The translations under genes were made by a program, and so were the position numbers. Source: Strigamia acuminata (lineage: Eukaryota). From it: 64,000 nt of DNA. The stretch lies in NCBI GenBank assembly GCA_949358305.1, contig OX442314.1, positions 26,846,001-26,910,000 of the forward strand. Direction: 5' to 3'. The notes below the pieces were generated by a model. It did no database searches, had not been told where the DNA came from, and saw only the letters and a list, made by a program, of their open reading frames with translations. Positions 24,073 to 36,500 of the stretch are shown piece by piece (positions within the stretch are counted from its first letter, which is position 1; each line of letters begins with the position of its first letter).

Positions 24073-24995
24073 CTAATGGGTGGCCCACATAAAACCGGCC
24101 CGACAATACAGATAGGGTTAGGAAAGGTGACTCAAAAAAATGTATACACACACAAAATTAAATGTACATGAATTATTAGCTGTGACCAGTGTTGTTTAAT
24201 TAATGTTTCTAGTGCAGTTTTTTCCGCTCTTTCGTTTGGTGTTTAGTTTTTGACGATCCGAGTTTTCGTTCTCGAGATATTTGCTTCTTTGATCAATTTT
24301 TTTCGAAATTTCCAAGTTTGATGGCACTAGTCAGCTTGAATGTTAGATTTTGTGGTAATTTTGTGGATTTCTTCAGCAGTACCGGTAACGGTACATGTAC
24401 ACAGTACTTTCCCCAAAATACCGCAATTTTTGTGACTGGTACAGTACCTGTAACACTTTTTTGGTACCATACAACTTTAATTTAGCAAAATCTGAAAAAT
24501 GTAGCAAAATCTCACTAAATCAAGCAAAATCTCATAAAATCAAGCACAATCTTACAAAATCTCACAAAATCAAGCACAATCTTACAAAATCTCACAAAAT
24601 CAAGCACAATCTTACAAAATCTCACAAAATCAAGCACAATCTTACAAAATCGCACAAAATCTTGTACTAGTACATCTGAAGAAATCCACAAAAGTACCAT
24701 TGAAGAGATTCAAAAAGTACCACAAAATTCAGGAATGGCTAGTGCAATCAAACTTGGCGAATTCGGACAATGATTGATTAAAATCGCAAATATCTCGAGA
24801 ACAAAAGCTCGGATCGTCAAAAGCTAAACACCAAATGAAAGAGCGGAAAAAACTGCATTAGAAAAGTTAATTAAACAACCCTGCCCACAGCTAATGATTT
24901 ATGTATATTTAAGTTTGTGCTTGTATACATTTTTTTCAGACACCCTTCGTAACCCTCCTTGTATTGTTGGTCGCTTTTATGTGGGCCACCCGGTA
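24073..24995. mobile_element. Decayed Tc1/mariner-type foldback element with ~250-bp TIRs and an internal 30-bp tandem repeat (24520-24663)
   Basis: GGGTGGCCCACATAAAA ... TTTTATGTGGGCCACCC; inverted arms contain CTCGAGATATTTGC and TTTTTTCCGCTCTTTC. Confidence 0.8.
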
Positions 24996-25389
24996 GAATG
25001 CACTCATCCAATTTCACACTTCTTAACAGAATATGTTAGTACTCTATTAGTACTCATTTGTAATGCACAAACGGACATTTGTATTGGTTTACAAAAGCCG
25101 CAAAATCGATTTGACTGATTCCGGCCCTCTTCTCGTGATTTTTACAATCTTAAGTGTTTTCTCATAATTTTATGTGTTATCTAATGACTAACTTTTTTAC
25201 ATGCCTTTTGATTGAGTTTTATTCCATTTTTTTATTTTTATTCATTGCTATTAATTTATTGCCTTAATAATTTATAGTTTGAATGAATTATTGAGTGAAA
25301 GCTTGTTTCTTATTGATTTCTTTGATGATTTTAATTGATGATTTGATTACAGTAGAGCATTGATTACTTATTATAGAGATTTTTATGAT

Positions 25390-26320
25390 TTTGTTTGATT
25401 TTTTTATTTGATTTGATTAGATTTGATTTTTTTTATTTTATTTGATTAGATTTGAGTTTTTTATTTGATTTGATTAGATTTGATTTTTTTTATTTGATTT
25501 GATTAGATTTGATTTTTTTATTTGATTTGATTAGATTTGATTTTTTTATTTGATTTGATTAGATTTGATTTTTTTTATTTTATTTGATTAGATTTGATTT
25601 TTTGATTTGATTTGATTAGATTTGATTTTTTTTATTTGATTTGATTAGATTAGATTTTTTCATTTTATTTGATTAGATTTGATTTTTTGATTTGATTTGA
25701 TTAGATTTGATTTTTTTATTTGATTTGATTAGATTTGATTTTTTTATTTTATTTGATTAGATTTGATTTTTTTTATTTGATTTGATCAGATTTGATTTTT
25801 TTATTTGATTTGATTAGATTTGATTTTTTTATTTAATTTGATTAGATTTGATTTTTTTTATTTGATTTGATTAGATTAGATTTTTTCATTTTATTTGATT
25901 AGATTTGATTTTTTGATTTGATTTGATTAGATTTGATTTTTTTATTTGATTTGATTAGATTTGATTTTTTTATTTTATTTGATTAGATTTGATTTTTTTT
26001 ATTTGATTTGATTAGATTAGATTTTTTTATTTGATTTGATTAGATTTGATTTTTTGATTTGATTTGATTAGATTTGATTTTTTTATTTGATTTGATTAGA
26101 TTTGATTTTTTTATTTTATTTGATTAGATTTGATTTTTTTTATTTGATTTGATCAGATTTGATTTTTTTATTTAATTTGATTAGATTTGATTTTTTTTAT
26201 TTGATTTGATTAGATTAGATTTTTTCATTTTATTTGATTAGATTTTATTTTTTTTATTTGATTTGATTAGATTAGATTTTTTTATTTGATTTGATTAGAT
26301 TTGATTTTTTTATTGGATTT
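25390..26320. repeat. AT-rich minisatellite of ~27-bp units (ATTTGATTTGATTAGATTTGATTTTTTT)
   Basis: Direct tandem repetition over about 930 bp. Confidence 0.95.
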
Positions 26321-26483
26321 ATTTGTCTTATTGCTTTTTTGGTATAAATGATTGTCTTCAGCAGGATCCAATTTAGGTTAGTACATACTAACTTACAAGG
26401 GGAAGGCACTAATAAGCTACTCACCAATTTTAAAATAAATTATGTGAGATAACAATTACAAGTAGTTCTTTAACCATTTCAAA

Positions 26484-28320
26484 CAGGGCCGGTGCATAGG
26501 GTGAGGCGGTGAGGCGGTCGCCTCAGGTAGCATATTTCCAGGGGCGGCGTCTTTGGGCGCACAATCCGATTTCTTTACATCAAGAAAAAACAAATTTTTT
26601 ACTGTTCAAAAGGGCAGTGTATGCCTTGCTCGCCTCAGGTGGAAATATGTGCTCCGGCCCTGATATCGATACAGTCTGTATGATTCTCGTAAAATCCAAC
26701 TAAAATCTCCAAAACAACTCCAAGACTTTGTGTTTTTTAATTCTAGCTTGTCAAAATGATGCCTCATTTCCCGTGTTATTATTTTCTCCTCCAAATCGAA
26801 TTTATAATTTTGGTTTGAAAGTGTAAACACATAAAATATTAATATTAAGTTATAAAAACTGCAACAGCAACATAGAAGCAACAGCAGTACTTGTATATCC
26901 ATATTTCATTATTTCAGTAAACTTTTTGGCAGTTGGAATCTATGTTCTTACATCATAGAGTATCTCATAATTCTGGGATCACAAACCAATACTCACAGCA
27001 AATACAAACAACAACAAAACCTCACTCTCAACTCACACTACCTCATCTAAATAAACAAACCAAGTATTCTTTTATCTCACTCCGTGTGTACCCGTAGTTC
27101 TAAGTTTCGGCACAGTATAGACTGTGTCCCATTGCAATTGCTTAATTTTGTGGCCGCTTGGCCACCCCACCCGAGTGTGACTTGCGGCACTACCACACTT
27201 AGCCCAATAGCCCCAAGGTCACCCCTCCTCGCGGAGTTGGATTACCCAGTACAGAGAAGGAGGGAGCTGAGTGGTGCAGGGAGAGAAAAAAGCGCTGGGT
27301 CTCAACTTAGACAGACATGTGAAGTGAAGTCCTGAAGCCAACAAAAGCAGTTGTGCTCTTCCTATTCACCACTGCGACGCTCAGTGGTGAGACGTCAATA
27401 CCACCACAGCCTCCATAAGCAGTTGCTGGGGCCCATGAAATTCAGAGTCCTAAGGGGGCACCTCTTGTGCCAAGGTGGAAGGGAATACTACCTGGGTAGG
27501 GGAGCACAATACCAGTTTTGCTCTGCTTGATGGCAACCCATGCTACACCGCTGGTTCTGATTGGTTTATTCAGGAACCTTTCAAAACACGTTACTGTGCA
27601 TTCGGGCAAATGTCGTAGCTTCAGTTGTCACAGCAATCCGAAAATAATGCAACTGACGTTTTTCATTAAAAAAAAAACAGAAATTAAAACCGTGTGATAA
27701 TTACATTCTTGTTGAAATACTGACTATTGATAGTATTGAGAGAGTGGGATTCACATAGATTTGAATGTTATTTTGCAAATCCAGTGCTTTTTTTTACTAT
27801 GATTTGATCCAGATTTGCAAAACTCGAATATGATTGAATATCTCTCTCATAAGCTCATAATGAATTGAATATAGACATGAAAAAATACATACGGTTTTAA
27901 AGTCCACTCAGGTGAAAACGTGGCACTCGATCCACTCAAAAACACCGCATTGCAGCTATATTGATGTTTTGTGAAAGTTGACAAGTAATTACTACTCTGT
28001 ATTTTAAATAATTCATGAGATTTCTGAGAATTGTAATGAGTGGTTCGTGACTTACCGTATATATCACAAATGTGAAATTTCATTTAGTAGCAAAATACTC
28101 AATTTCCCATCACATTAGATTGTACAATTCAGAGCTGGCGCGAGGGGTGAGGAGGTGAGGCGGTGAGGCGATCGCCTCAGGTGGCATATTTCTAGGGGCG
28201 GCGTCTTTGGGCGCACAATCCGATTTTTTTCCTACAAGCAAAAAAAATTTTTTTTACTGTTCAAAAGGGCGGCATATGCCTTGCTCGCCTCAGGTGGAAA
28301 TATGTGTTGCACCGGCCCTG
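26484..28320. mobile_element. Composite hAT-type unit: two direct copies of a ~180-bp MITE (26484-26662, 28130-28320) bracketing ~1.5 kb
   Basis: Outer TIR CAGGGCCGGTGCA/TGCACCGGCCCTG is perfect; the 8-bp TSD ATTTCAAA flanks only the outermost ends. Confidence 0.75.
27150..27440 (+). repeat. Dispersed SINE/LINE-like repeat; inverted copies at about 47800-48075 and about 38100-38240
   Basis: Shared blocks GCCCCAAGGTCACCCCT, GTGAAGTGAAGTCC and GACGCTCAGTGGTGAGA. Confidence 0.7.
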
Positions 28321-28762
28321 ATTTCAAAGCATTTTGCTCTAATAAGCTAGAGTTAACTAACAATGACATTGTCAAAGTAGAACTTTGTTGGCTGAGGGAG
28401 TTCATTTTTCATGCAAATAGGCTGAGTAAAAAGCACTACACTTGGTGATTAGCCTGTTCAAACCTTACTCTGGAACCCAAGTAATTTGATATCACATGAC
28501 ATATGACATCACAACTTTGTTCACGAACATGACCTTGCTACTTTTAAGAACGCCAGTTTTTACCACATGTTGAAGAAGATTTAAAAGGAATTAAATTAAA
28601 GATTTGGTGAAGGACCTATTTTGGGTATGAAATGGGGTGTAATTCTTGTTTCGTAGTTTTGTAGTGTGAGCTCACAAGTACATTGCTAGGATGGCAGCAG
28701 GGTTGCTGGTAGGTAACAGGCCAAAATGGTAAAATTGTGTGACGAATTTACAAAAGACATTA

Positions 28763-29256
28763 GAGAGTTTGCGGGATGCATTTTTCCCTTACAGTTAAAG
28801 ACTATACGGTATAAAAATAGTGTAAGGGAAAAATGATAAATTAAGTTTTTGCGGGCTGCACTTTTCCCTTATCACTACACTATTTCAGCCCAACTACTGA
28901 CAGTTAGTAATTTTGGGCCAAAAAATTCAATTTGGGGGCGTAAATGTGCAAATTTCTGCATAAAATTCCATTATTATGTCTGTAAAGTATGGTTTTGGGC
29001 CTAAAATTCAATTTTGGGCCTCACTTATCATTCAATCTACGCACCTATGACTGTGATGTGTTTGTTCGGGACAACAAAATAATCGCCATTTGCAATGGGC
29101 GGAGATAACAATATAGTGTTCTCAATTTTGATTGGCTGCACTATATTTTAATTTAGTGTTGAAAACGATACACTAAACATTTTCCCCTTACGAATATGGC
29201 ACTAAAATAGTGTAACGTGGCACAAAATAAGGGAAAAATGCATCCCGCAAACTCTC
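28763..29256. mobile_element. MITE, PIF/Harbinger-like by its TTA/TAA flanks
   Basis: Perfect TIR GAGAGTTTGCGGGATGCATTTTTCCCTTA. Confidence 0.8.
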
Positions 29257-30031
29257 TAATTAAGACATTTTATAAAGACATTAAATAATAAAATATTCTA
29301 CGGAGTAATATTTATCTTATTGATGCCCGATATGTTTCAAGTCTCACAAGGGTTCAAATAATGTTAAAATGCTCCATGGATAAACCCAATTATTATTAAT
29401 AAATTAATATAAGCTATTTTATTTTATTTTATTTTATTTATTTATTTTGCATTAGGATGATACAGACAACCAAAATAAACCGCTGCATACCAGTACAATG
29501 ACAACGGTAAAATAAACTCAGCAAGGATACATAGTAAACAGATATTGACTTTTAAAGGTACAATTTCAAAATTATCTGATGTGATTTAAATTGTGCTAGA
29601 TAGACAGTGCAAATTAATTCAAAATCAATACGAGGGCAAATTCTTTGGTTTACGTAACAACAATCGATTTGCGATCGTGGCATTATTTTTACAAACTATC
29701 TCTTGCTATCATTGTAGAAGCAAGTGTTTTTTTTTTGTTTTTTTTTTAAACTGTAAGTTTGGTACATTTACTATAAGTTAGGTGCATTCACTGTAAGTTA
29801 AGTGCATTCATTTTTAGTCGTATGGGATAACAATTTTCCACGTGAGTAAACCCGAATATGCTGGTGCAGAGTAGAACTAATTTTAAGAATTGACGTGGGT
29901 GTTTTTATTCAGCTATATTAGATGGGAAAAGAAGTCTGTTTATTAGAGAGTTAGGACAAACGGAAAACCATTATACAATATTAGATTTAGATTTAAACAT
30001 ATAGCGTAATTGTTATAATATCGATACTTAA

Positions 30032-30520
30032 AGGGATAGTATGGCTTATTTTGAATTATTTGTATTTAAACTGAATATCTTCCTTCTAATCATTTGAAAT
30101 GAAAGAAAAATTTAATTACATGCACTTATTTAAATGTTGTATTTCAAACAATTTCTATGGCGTCTGACATGACCTGTGGCTGGAATGTGCATCAATTATT
30201 TGTCGTAGCGCCTCAGAGGCGCCCAATGGGAATAAAGCAGTGCTTTCCAGTTGGAGAAATATCAATAAATAGAAGAGCAAAATAGAAGAGCACAAGCAAC
30301 TTGTCTATATCAGCAGATGCTGTTTTTTTTCCTAGTTACAGAACCAGGAATGACAAAGACAATTCACATGCGTGCATGAATTTAAGAAAAAAGAGTCCCA
30401 CAACAACGAATTTCTTTCAAATTGTTTGTGTTAATAAATGAAGAAAACTTTATGACAACCGTAATTTATAACAACTTATGTGCATTTTATATCTTAAATA
30501 TATAGAGCCAGATTGTCCCT
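30032..30520. mobile_element. TTAA-specific MITE (Kolobok-like AGGG...CCCT ends) inserted at the stop codon of gene C
   Basis: TTAA-AGGGATAGTATGGC ... GCCAGATTGTCCCT-TTAA; gene B shows the empty site TAC-TTAA-GAAAAA at 10981. Confidence 0.75.
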
Positions 30521-33500
30521 TTAAGAAAAATAAGTTTTAACAGTTGTGTAGCAGTTTTGAAACAACTCTGGTATGATAAGCAATGATAGACCAAACAATA
30601 AACCAAAGGCATTTGCCAAATCACAGAAAAGAGCTTCGAAGCTGTATTTAAGAACTTCAACGTATTGCTCGATGATATTTGTAGCTGGCATTGCCATAAG
30701 AAAATGTGAATCCGATGTTTCAGGTTCGTCAAAAAAAAGATTTGTTCGTAGAACAACTCTCTTGCAAGTAGGCTGACAGCCACATTCTCCTTTTGTGTTG
30801 ATATTCAGTGATAAATTAATGAATGTTGCCAACGCTTCTTTAGCTTCTGATGCAGTACTGCACACATTAGCAAATGTGTTATCGGTAAAAGGTAACCTAG
30901 TTTCAAATAATTTAAAAACGTGTTATCTTAAAGGTATTTTAATTTGAATTACAGGTCTTTGTAATGTGATGTGAATGTTAGTGTTAACTAACTTACCGAC
31001 ACGAGATTGATTTGAATAACTCTTCTTGAAAGCATTTGTCCTGGCATCTGATGTAATCTTCTTCCTTTTCAACACATGGGCGTGATTTCAAATTGAGTAA
31101 AATTTTCTGTGGTGTAGAGAATTTGTTAAATTACTTATACCTTTAACTTTACGTTATGACAAGTTAACACTACTAATCTGTATGAATTTAGGTTTTTTAG
31201 GAGGGAGTTTAAAATCATTTAGCTACTTTAAAGTTACAAATCCCTTTTCTTTTAAAACTTTGCAAAGCCCAATATAAATTTTTTTGTTTTTTAATTATAC
31301 GTATGTTTGTTTTATTTTCCGTTTCTTTTCTGGAATATGAAAAATGGAAATTATTCGTGTCACAAATATAATATATTTTACTTCAAGAGATGATATTTGC
31401 AGGATTGACATGGTAGAGTAATCAATGTTTCGTCTACTTGTAAGAATAGATTGCATTTTAGTTCCAGGTGGACGAAGATACATCTGTAGAATTTAAAAAA
31501 AAATTGAACCTTCAATAAAACTTTTTGTTATAGAATTTGTAGTAATCCCAAATTACTACTTAAAGGTCAAGTGCACCGAGTGGGATTTTTACATTTTCTG
31601 AAAGCCCATATTAAAAAACCAATAATCATCGAGAAAAAAATTAAATTGTTTCAGTAATTATTTCATAATAACAACCTAAAAACGTAGTTAACAAAAAGCA
31701 ATGCATGATGGTCGCAGACGTCTCCCCCTGCACCATCAGTTCGAATCAGACAGTCATGCACACGCGCAGACTGACTGTCAATTCAAAATTTGATTCGTAA
31801 TTTTTTAAATGATTCAAGATTGTTCAAAAATGTTTTTTTTATGTAGCATTGATAGCAACTAAGATGAAATCATATTTTTAAGAATTTAAAATCAATCCTG
31901 TCATTGGAAAACAATGGATTGATTGAGGTCAGACATCTTGGATCTACCCAGATCCAAGAACTGGATTCAGATCAAATGAACTTTAGAACTGACTACGTCA
32001 TACTCCCATCACGCATTGCTTTTTGTTTGCTATGTTTTTGGATTATTATTATAAAATATTTACTGCAACAGTTTAATTTTTTTTCTGATGATTATTAGTT
32101 TTTCATTACTGGCTTTCAGAAAATGTAAAAATCTCACTCACAAGGGGAGAGCACCAATAAGCTATCACAGATTGTTGTAATATTAAACAAGAAGGATTGT
32201 TACATCATGCTGAATGAGACCCTAAAATAATTTCATTCCATAAACAGCCAACAATGCAAACAATGAGCTGAAAGTTGGCACTATTTTGTCTGTGTATACA
32301 TCAAATCTGAGCAATCAGGCCTAGTGTATGAATACTGTAAACAACAGTTGCAAGGTAAAAAATAATTCCAAGATCCAAGTTCAATTTTATCATTTGAGAT
32401 TCAATGATGTCATTTCCTCTTTTGATATCACATGACATATGACATCAGAACATTGTTCAACAACATGACTGTCTTCATGAAGACAATAATAGTTTGTAGT
32501 GGTGGTCCAGTGGTTCAGGTAATGGACTAGGAATCTTTCCACACAGGTTCAAATCCTGCTGTCTGTGAAAATTTTTTACTTTAATTTTTTAATTTTTTTT
32601 AGCAGTAATTTTAATGTTTGTAATTTTATGTTTGTTAAAAAATTAAAATTAATTAATTAAAGTTTTCTTATGAACTGGTCAGCTTGACTGAGGGTAATCT
32701 CTATCTAACTTTAGAAATGGTGGCCAGTTTAGTCTGTTTTCAGTCGCCGTGAGCGTTTGCACCAAGTTTAGACAACAAAACAAGTTAAACTACTCCGTAT
32801 TATTTTAAACGCACTTATACATATTTAAAAAGATATTCATTTAAACAATCGTTAAACAACTTATGTTGATTTAATTTACAGTCTAAAAAATGCATTTACC
32901 GGTAGATTGGTATAAAGAACAAACCAAGCTGAATGCTTTTCAAACTTGTGTACATTTTGTTACATTGAAAATAGTGTAATTATCTTACCTGCCACAAGCC
33001 ATGGGAACATTGGTTCTTTTTATTTACTAGTATAACCCCAATCAAGAATGCGGATGCACAGCCAGCATACGGACGAGGTTCTAAAATAAAATTGAATATG
33101 TTAGGTCTTTTATCCTTTGTTTGGCATTGTTTTTGTAATTTTCTCAGTACTCATCGTAAACTCCAAGCATGTTCCCGAGTGCAGTTTAGTGTTATTGATA
33201 ATGTATGTGTCATCTATGGAATTTAACTTTAATATCTAGAATAATGTGAATGACAACATTAATTACAGTCTACGGAGTTGGAAATAGCCACCCCCTTCAG
33301 GTGGCATAAAAAAAAAATTCTATTTTCCGCCAAGCCGCTCCTGATATCAGTGGTTTTGGAATTTGGATGTATACCGTAGATGAAACTGACAAAATATACA
33401 GGGTGGAAGAAAAGTCTGTTCCCCCAACAATATTTCAGAAGAGAAGAATATTTCCTGAATTTATAATTGGGTCATATACGAAGTCGGCCATGCTGAAATT

Positions 33501-36500
33501 AATGGTGATCCCGATCTTGACCTTGAGCACTGGGATCAAGGTCATTTACTTTTTAACTTTTATACTCTTTGAGATAGAGAAAAAAAGTCAATTGCAAAGT
33601 TGTAGAGCACCATTTGTTTAGTCAATATCCACTTTTAAATCTTATTGTTACCTTATCTTATCTATAAATTTCAAAACTTTTACTTTAAAAAAGAAGTATT
33701 TGAACCTGAGAACTTTGTATTGGAAAGCAAGCACTTATTAGGATCAGCTGAACTGATAGTTAAGTTTTTAGGTTCAGTTAATATGCTTAGTTTCTGATTT
33801 TTTTTGTTAGAATTTTTTTGTTGAGTTTGGAAATTTATGTTTTTATTTTTTTCACAAGATAAGATAAGGTAACAATAAGATTTAAAAGTGGATATTGACT
33901 AAACAAATGATGTTCTACAACTTTGCAATTGACTTTTTTTCTCTATCTCAAAGAGTATAAAAGTTAAAAAGTGAATGACCTTGATCCCAGTGCTCAAGGT
34001 CAAGTTCGAAATCACCATTAATTCCAACATGGCCAACTTCGTATATGACCCAATTATAAATTCAGGAAATATTCTTCTCCTCTGAAATATTGTTGGGGGA
34101 ACAGACTTTTCTTCCACCCTGTATATCTAAGTCATCTTTGTTCCTAAGTGATGTATCTAGGAGTGTTGGGTGCTTTCGCTTTAGTTAATACAACCAAATC
34201 GTTTTTAGAGTGCATCGGCCCAACAGTAACGTGTATCGGTACTTCGGTAGTTCTGACTTAGTAGAAAGTATCGTACACAGATACCGTGGTACTTTTGGGC
34301 CGTTTAAAGTTCCGTGCACTTGTTCCGCGGTATGTTTTAGGTGTACCGCGCCCAACACTACTAGGCATGAGGGACTTCCACACCCCAGTGGACATCCACA
34401 CCCCAGTGGACACCCACACCCCAGTGGACATCCACAGCCCAGTGGACCTGTGGCTTCTAGCCCATTGCATCTGCATCTACCGATATGGTACACTTCTCTT
34501 TTGCACATGAATTTACCCTCAAAATGTATTGTTGAATGCTGGTTTATGCCACTGTTGTTAACCGTACAGTTTAAACACTGTGTTAAAAACGTGATTTAAA
34601 ATACAAAGGGTTCAAATAACAATTGGCACACAGAAAGACAAGCACTTACTTAGTCAGCTAACAAATAAATGCGAATACCAACATAAGCTAATCAGCACTT
34701 ACCTCAGTAGCAATTCGCATTAAGCCATTATTCAATTTAGGCTTTTGATAATCCCACACATCTTCAAGCGATGGTTTCTCATCAGTATTCATTAGATCAA
34801 TGAAATGAATCTTGCATGGATCTATATTAATCTTGTTTGCATATTTTTCTTTGAACCTGGTCATTTTTAAACCATCGTTACAGACAATTATATTAGGCAT
34901 GTAAATGGTGTTGTTTTCTTTAACTTCAACTACGACTTTGATAGGTTCGCTGTAGTATAACTGTATTTTCGTTGCAGTTAAATATACGGCAATTATGGTA
35001 TTTGTCAATAACACAATTAAACGCAAGAAACGACCAATCGATGCCATTTTATGTGAAGTATTGTAGCTTGTTTTAGACATTACTTTCTCATGTATCTCCA
35101 CTATTTTACTTTTAAGGTTTGTGTTTGATTGACGAAGAGGCTGAGAATTGTATCTTCTAATTTTCTCGTACAGTCGCTTAATCAATGCTTGTCCTATTGC
35201 TACCAAGGATAACAATGATAATCCCAATGAAAATCCCAAATTTCCGCCAAAGTCTACTAGCAATGCGATTATGTCGTAGTCATGCTCTTCAGTCATGACT
35301 ATGAATGTTGCATCAGTTTGTTTTATTGCGATGATAATTTTTTCTTTGTTACGTGATCTCGTTGTGCCTACTTGCAGTATGGATATTTGCTTTCTGCAAG
35401 GTTTCAAGCAACCACAATCTGACGTCGCTTTTGTTGATAATACATTTTTATATGCAGTTTCATGAATTGTAACAACTGTGGTTTTATTTTTTATAGCACT
35501 GCAATCCATAATTTCTTTGTGAAAATCCATGTATGGTAGTCTGAAATTTAAGAATAATTTTTATTTAGATTTATTTACATTTTATAGTTAGATTTCAAGT
35601 CTGATAAACCTGACTATTAACTAACCGGCATTCGGGTTTATTTTTTCGAGCCAAACAATCTTCGTAACACTTTATAATATTCTCTTCGTCTGAAATGCAC
35701 TCACGGTGTTTTGACGGTAAGAAATTATACTGAAAATTAAAATGTTAGTAAATTTTAATTCTCTGATAAATTTGTATTCACAATAGCTATACCAAACATC
35801 AAAAACACAAAAGCATTGTCTACAGCCAGGGTAAAATAACCCCTCCTATTGTAAATCATTCTATTCTATTCTCAATTTTTATGTCAAAGAAAACATCCTT
35901 ACAAACAGAACGTTGAATCAGAATAATTTTGTACTTACTAATATGCAGTTTGATCTAACACATTTTCCCCTGACACTAGACACTTGCAAAGATACACCTA
36001 AGTTATATGTATACCTGTCGTGATTGATAGTTCACTACCAACGTATTGCCCACATTTATTGGTATTGCATATTCAAAGGTCATTGTTGGATTTACGGTCA
36101 TTGTCTATGGAAGAATGATTTCATTTAGCAATATACTCTATTTCAAAAAACTTATGACAAACTCCTATGTGTCACAAGATCATAGGTACGAATTACTGTT
36201 TGTGATCCTTCTCAACAATGAAGAAGAGACCAATTTTAAAGGTTGTGATTTTTATTATTACCCTCCAGTGTTTATTGCATATATTGCCCATGAGCCCTTT
36301 CCTGCGACAGTTAAATGAACTGGGCCGAAATTTGAACTCATAATGGTAATTGCTTTTAAAATTATAAATTTTAAAATGTAGTGATAGTGTAACGATGATG
36401 ATACTAGATTCACTAAGAAGTTATGATAACGGGATGACCCGTTACTTTTTTGACTAAATAACTATAGCGGTAACTAACTAGCAAATTCCAGTAACACATA

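Noticed and set aside
24515..24700. Repetitive ORFs (SHKIKHNLTK)n and (DFVRFCKIVL)n
   Set aside because: Translations of a 30-bp tandem repeat inside a foldback element.
32500..32570. Functional tRNA gene
   Set aside because: A and B boxes are present but acceptor and anticodon stems do not pair well; more likely a SINE head.
34185..34599. Cys/His-rich ORFs (GCGCPL)n, (HPSGHP)n
   Set aside because: Artefacts of an 18-bp intronic repeat next to a MITE-like segment.
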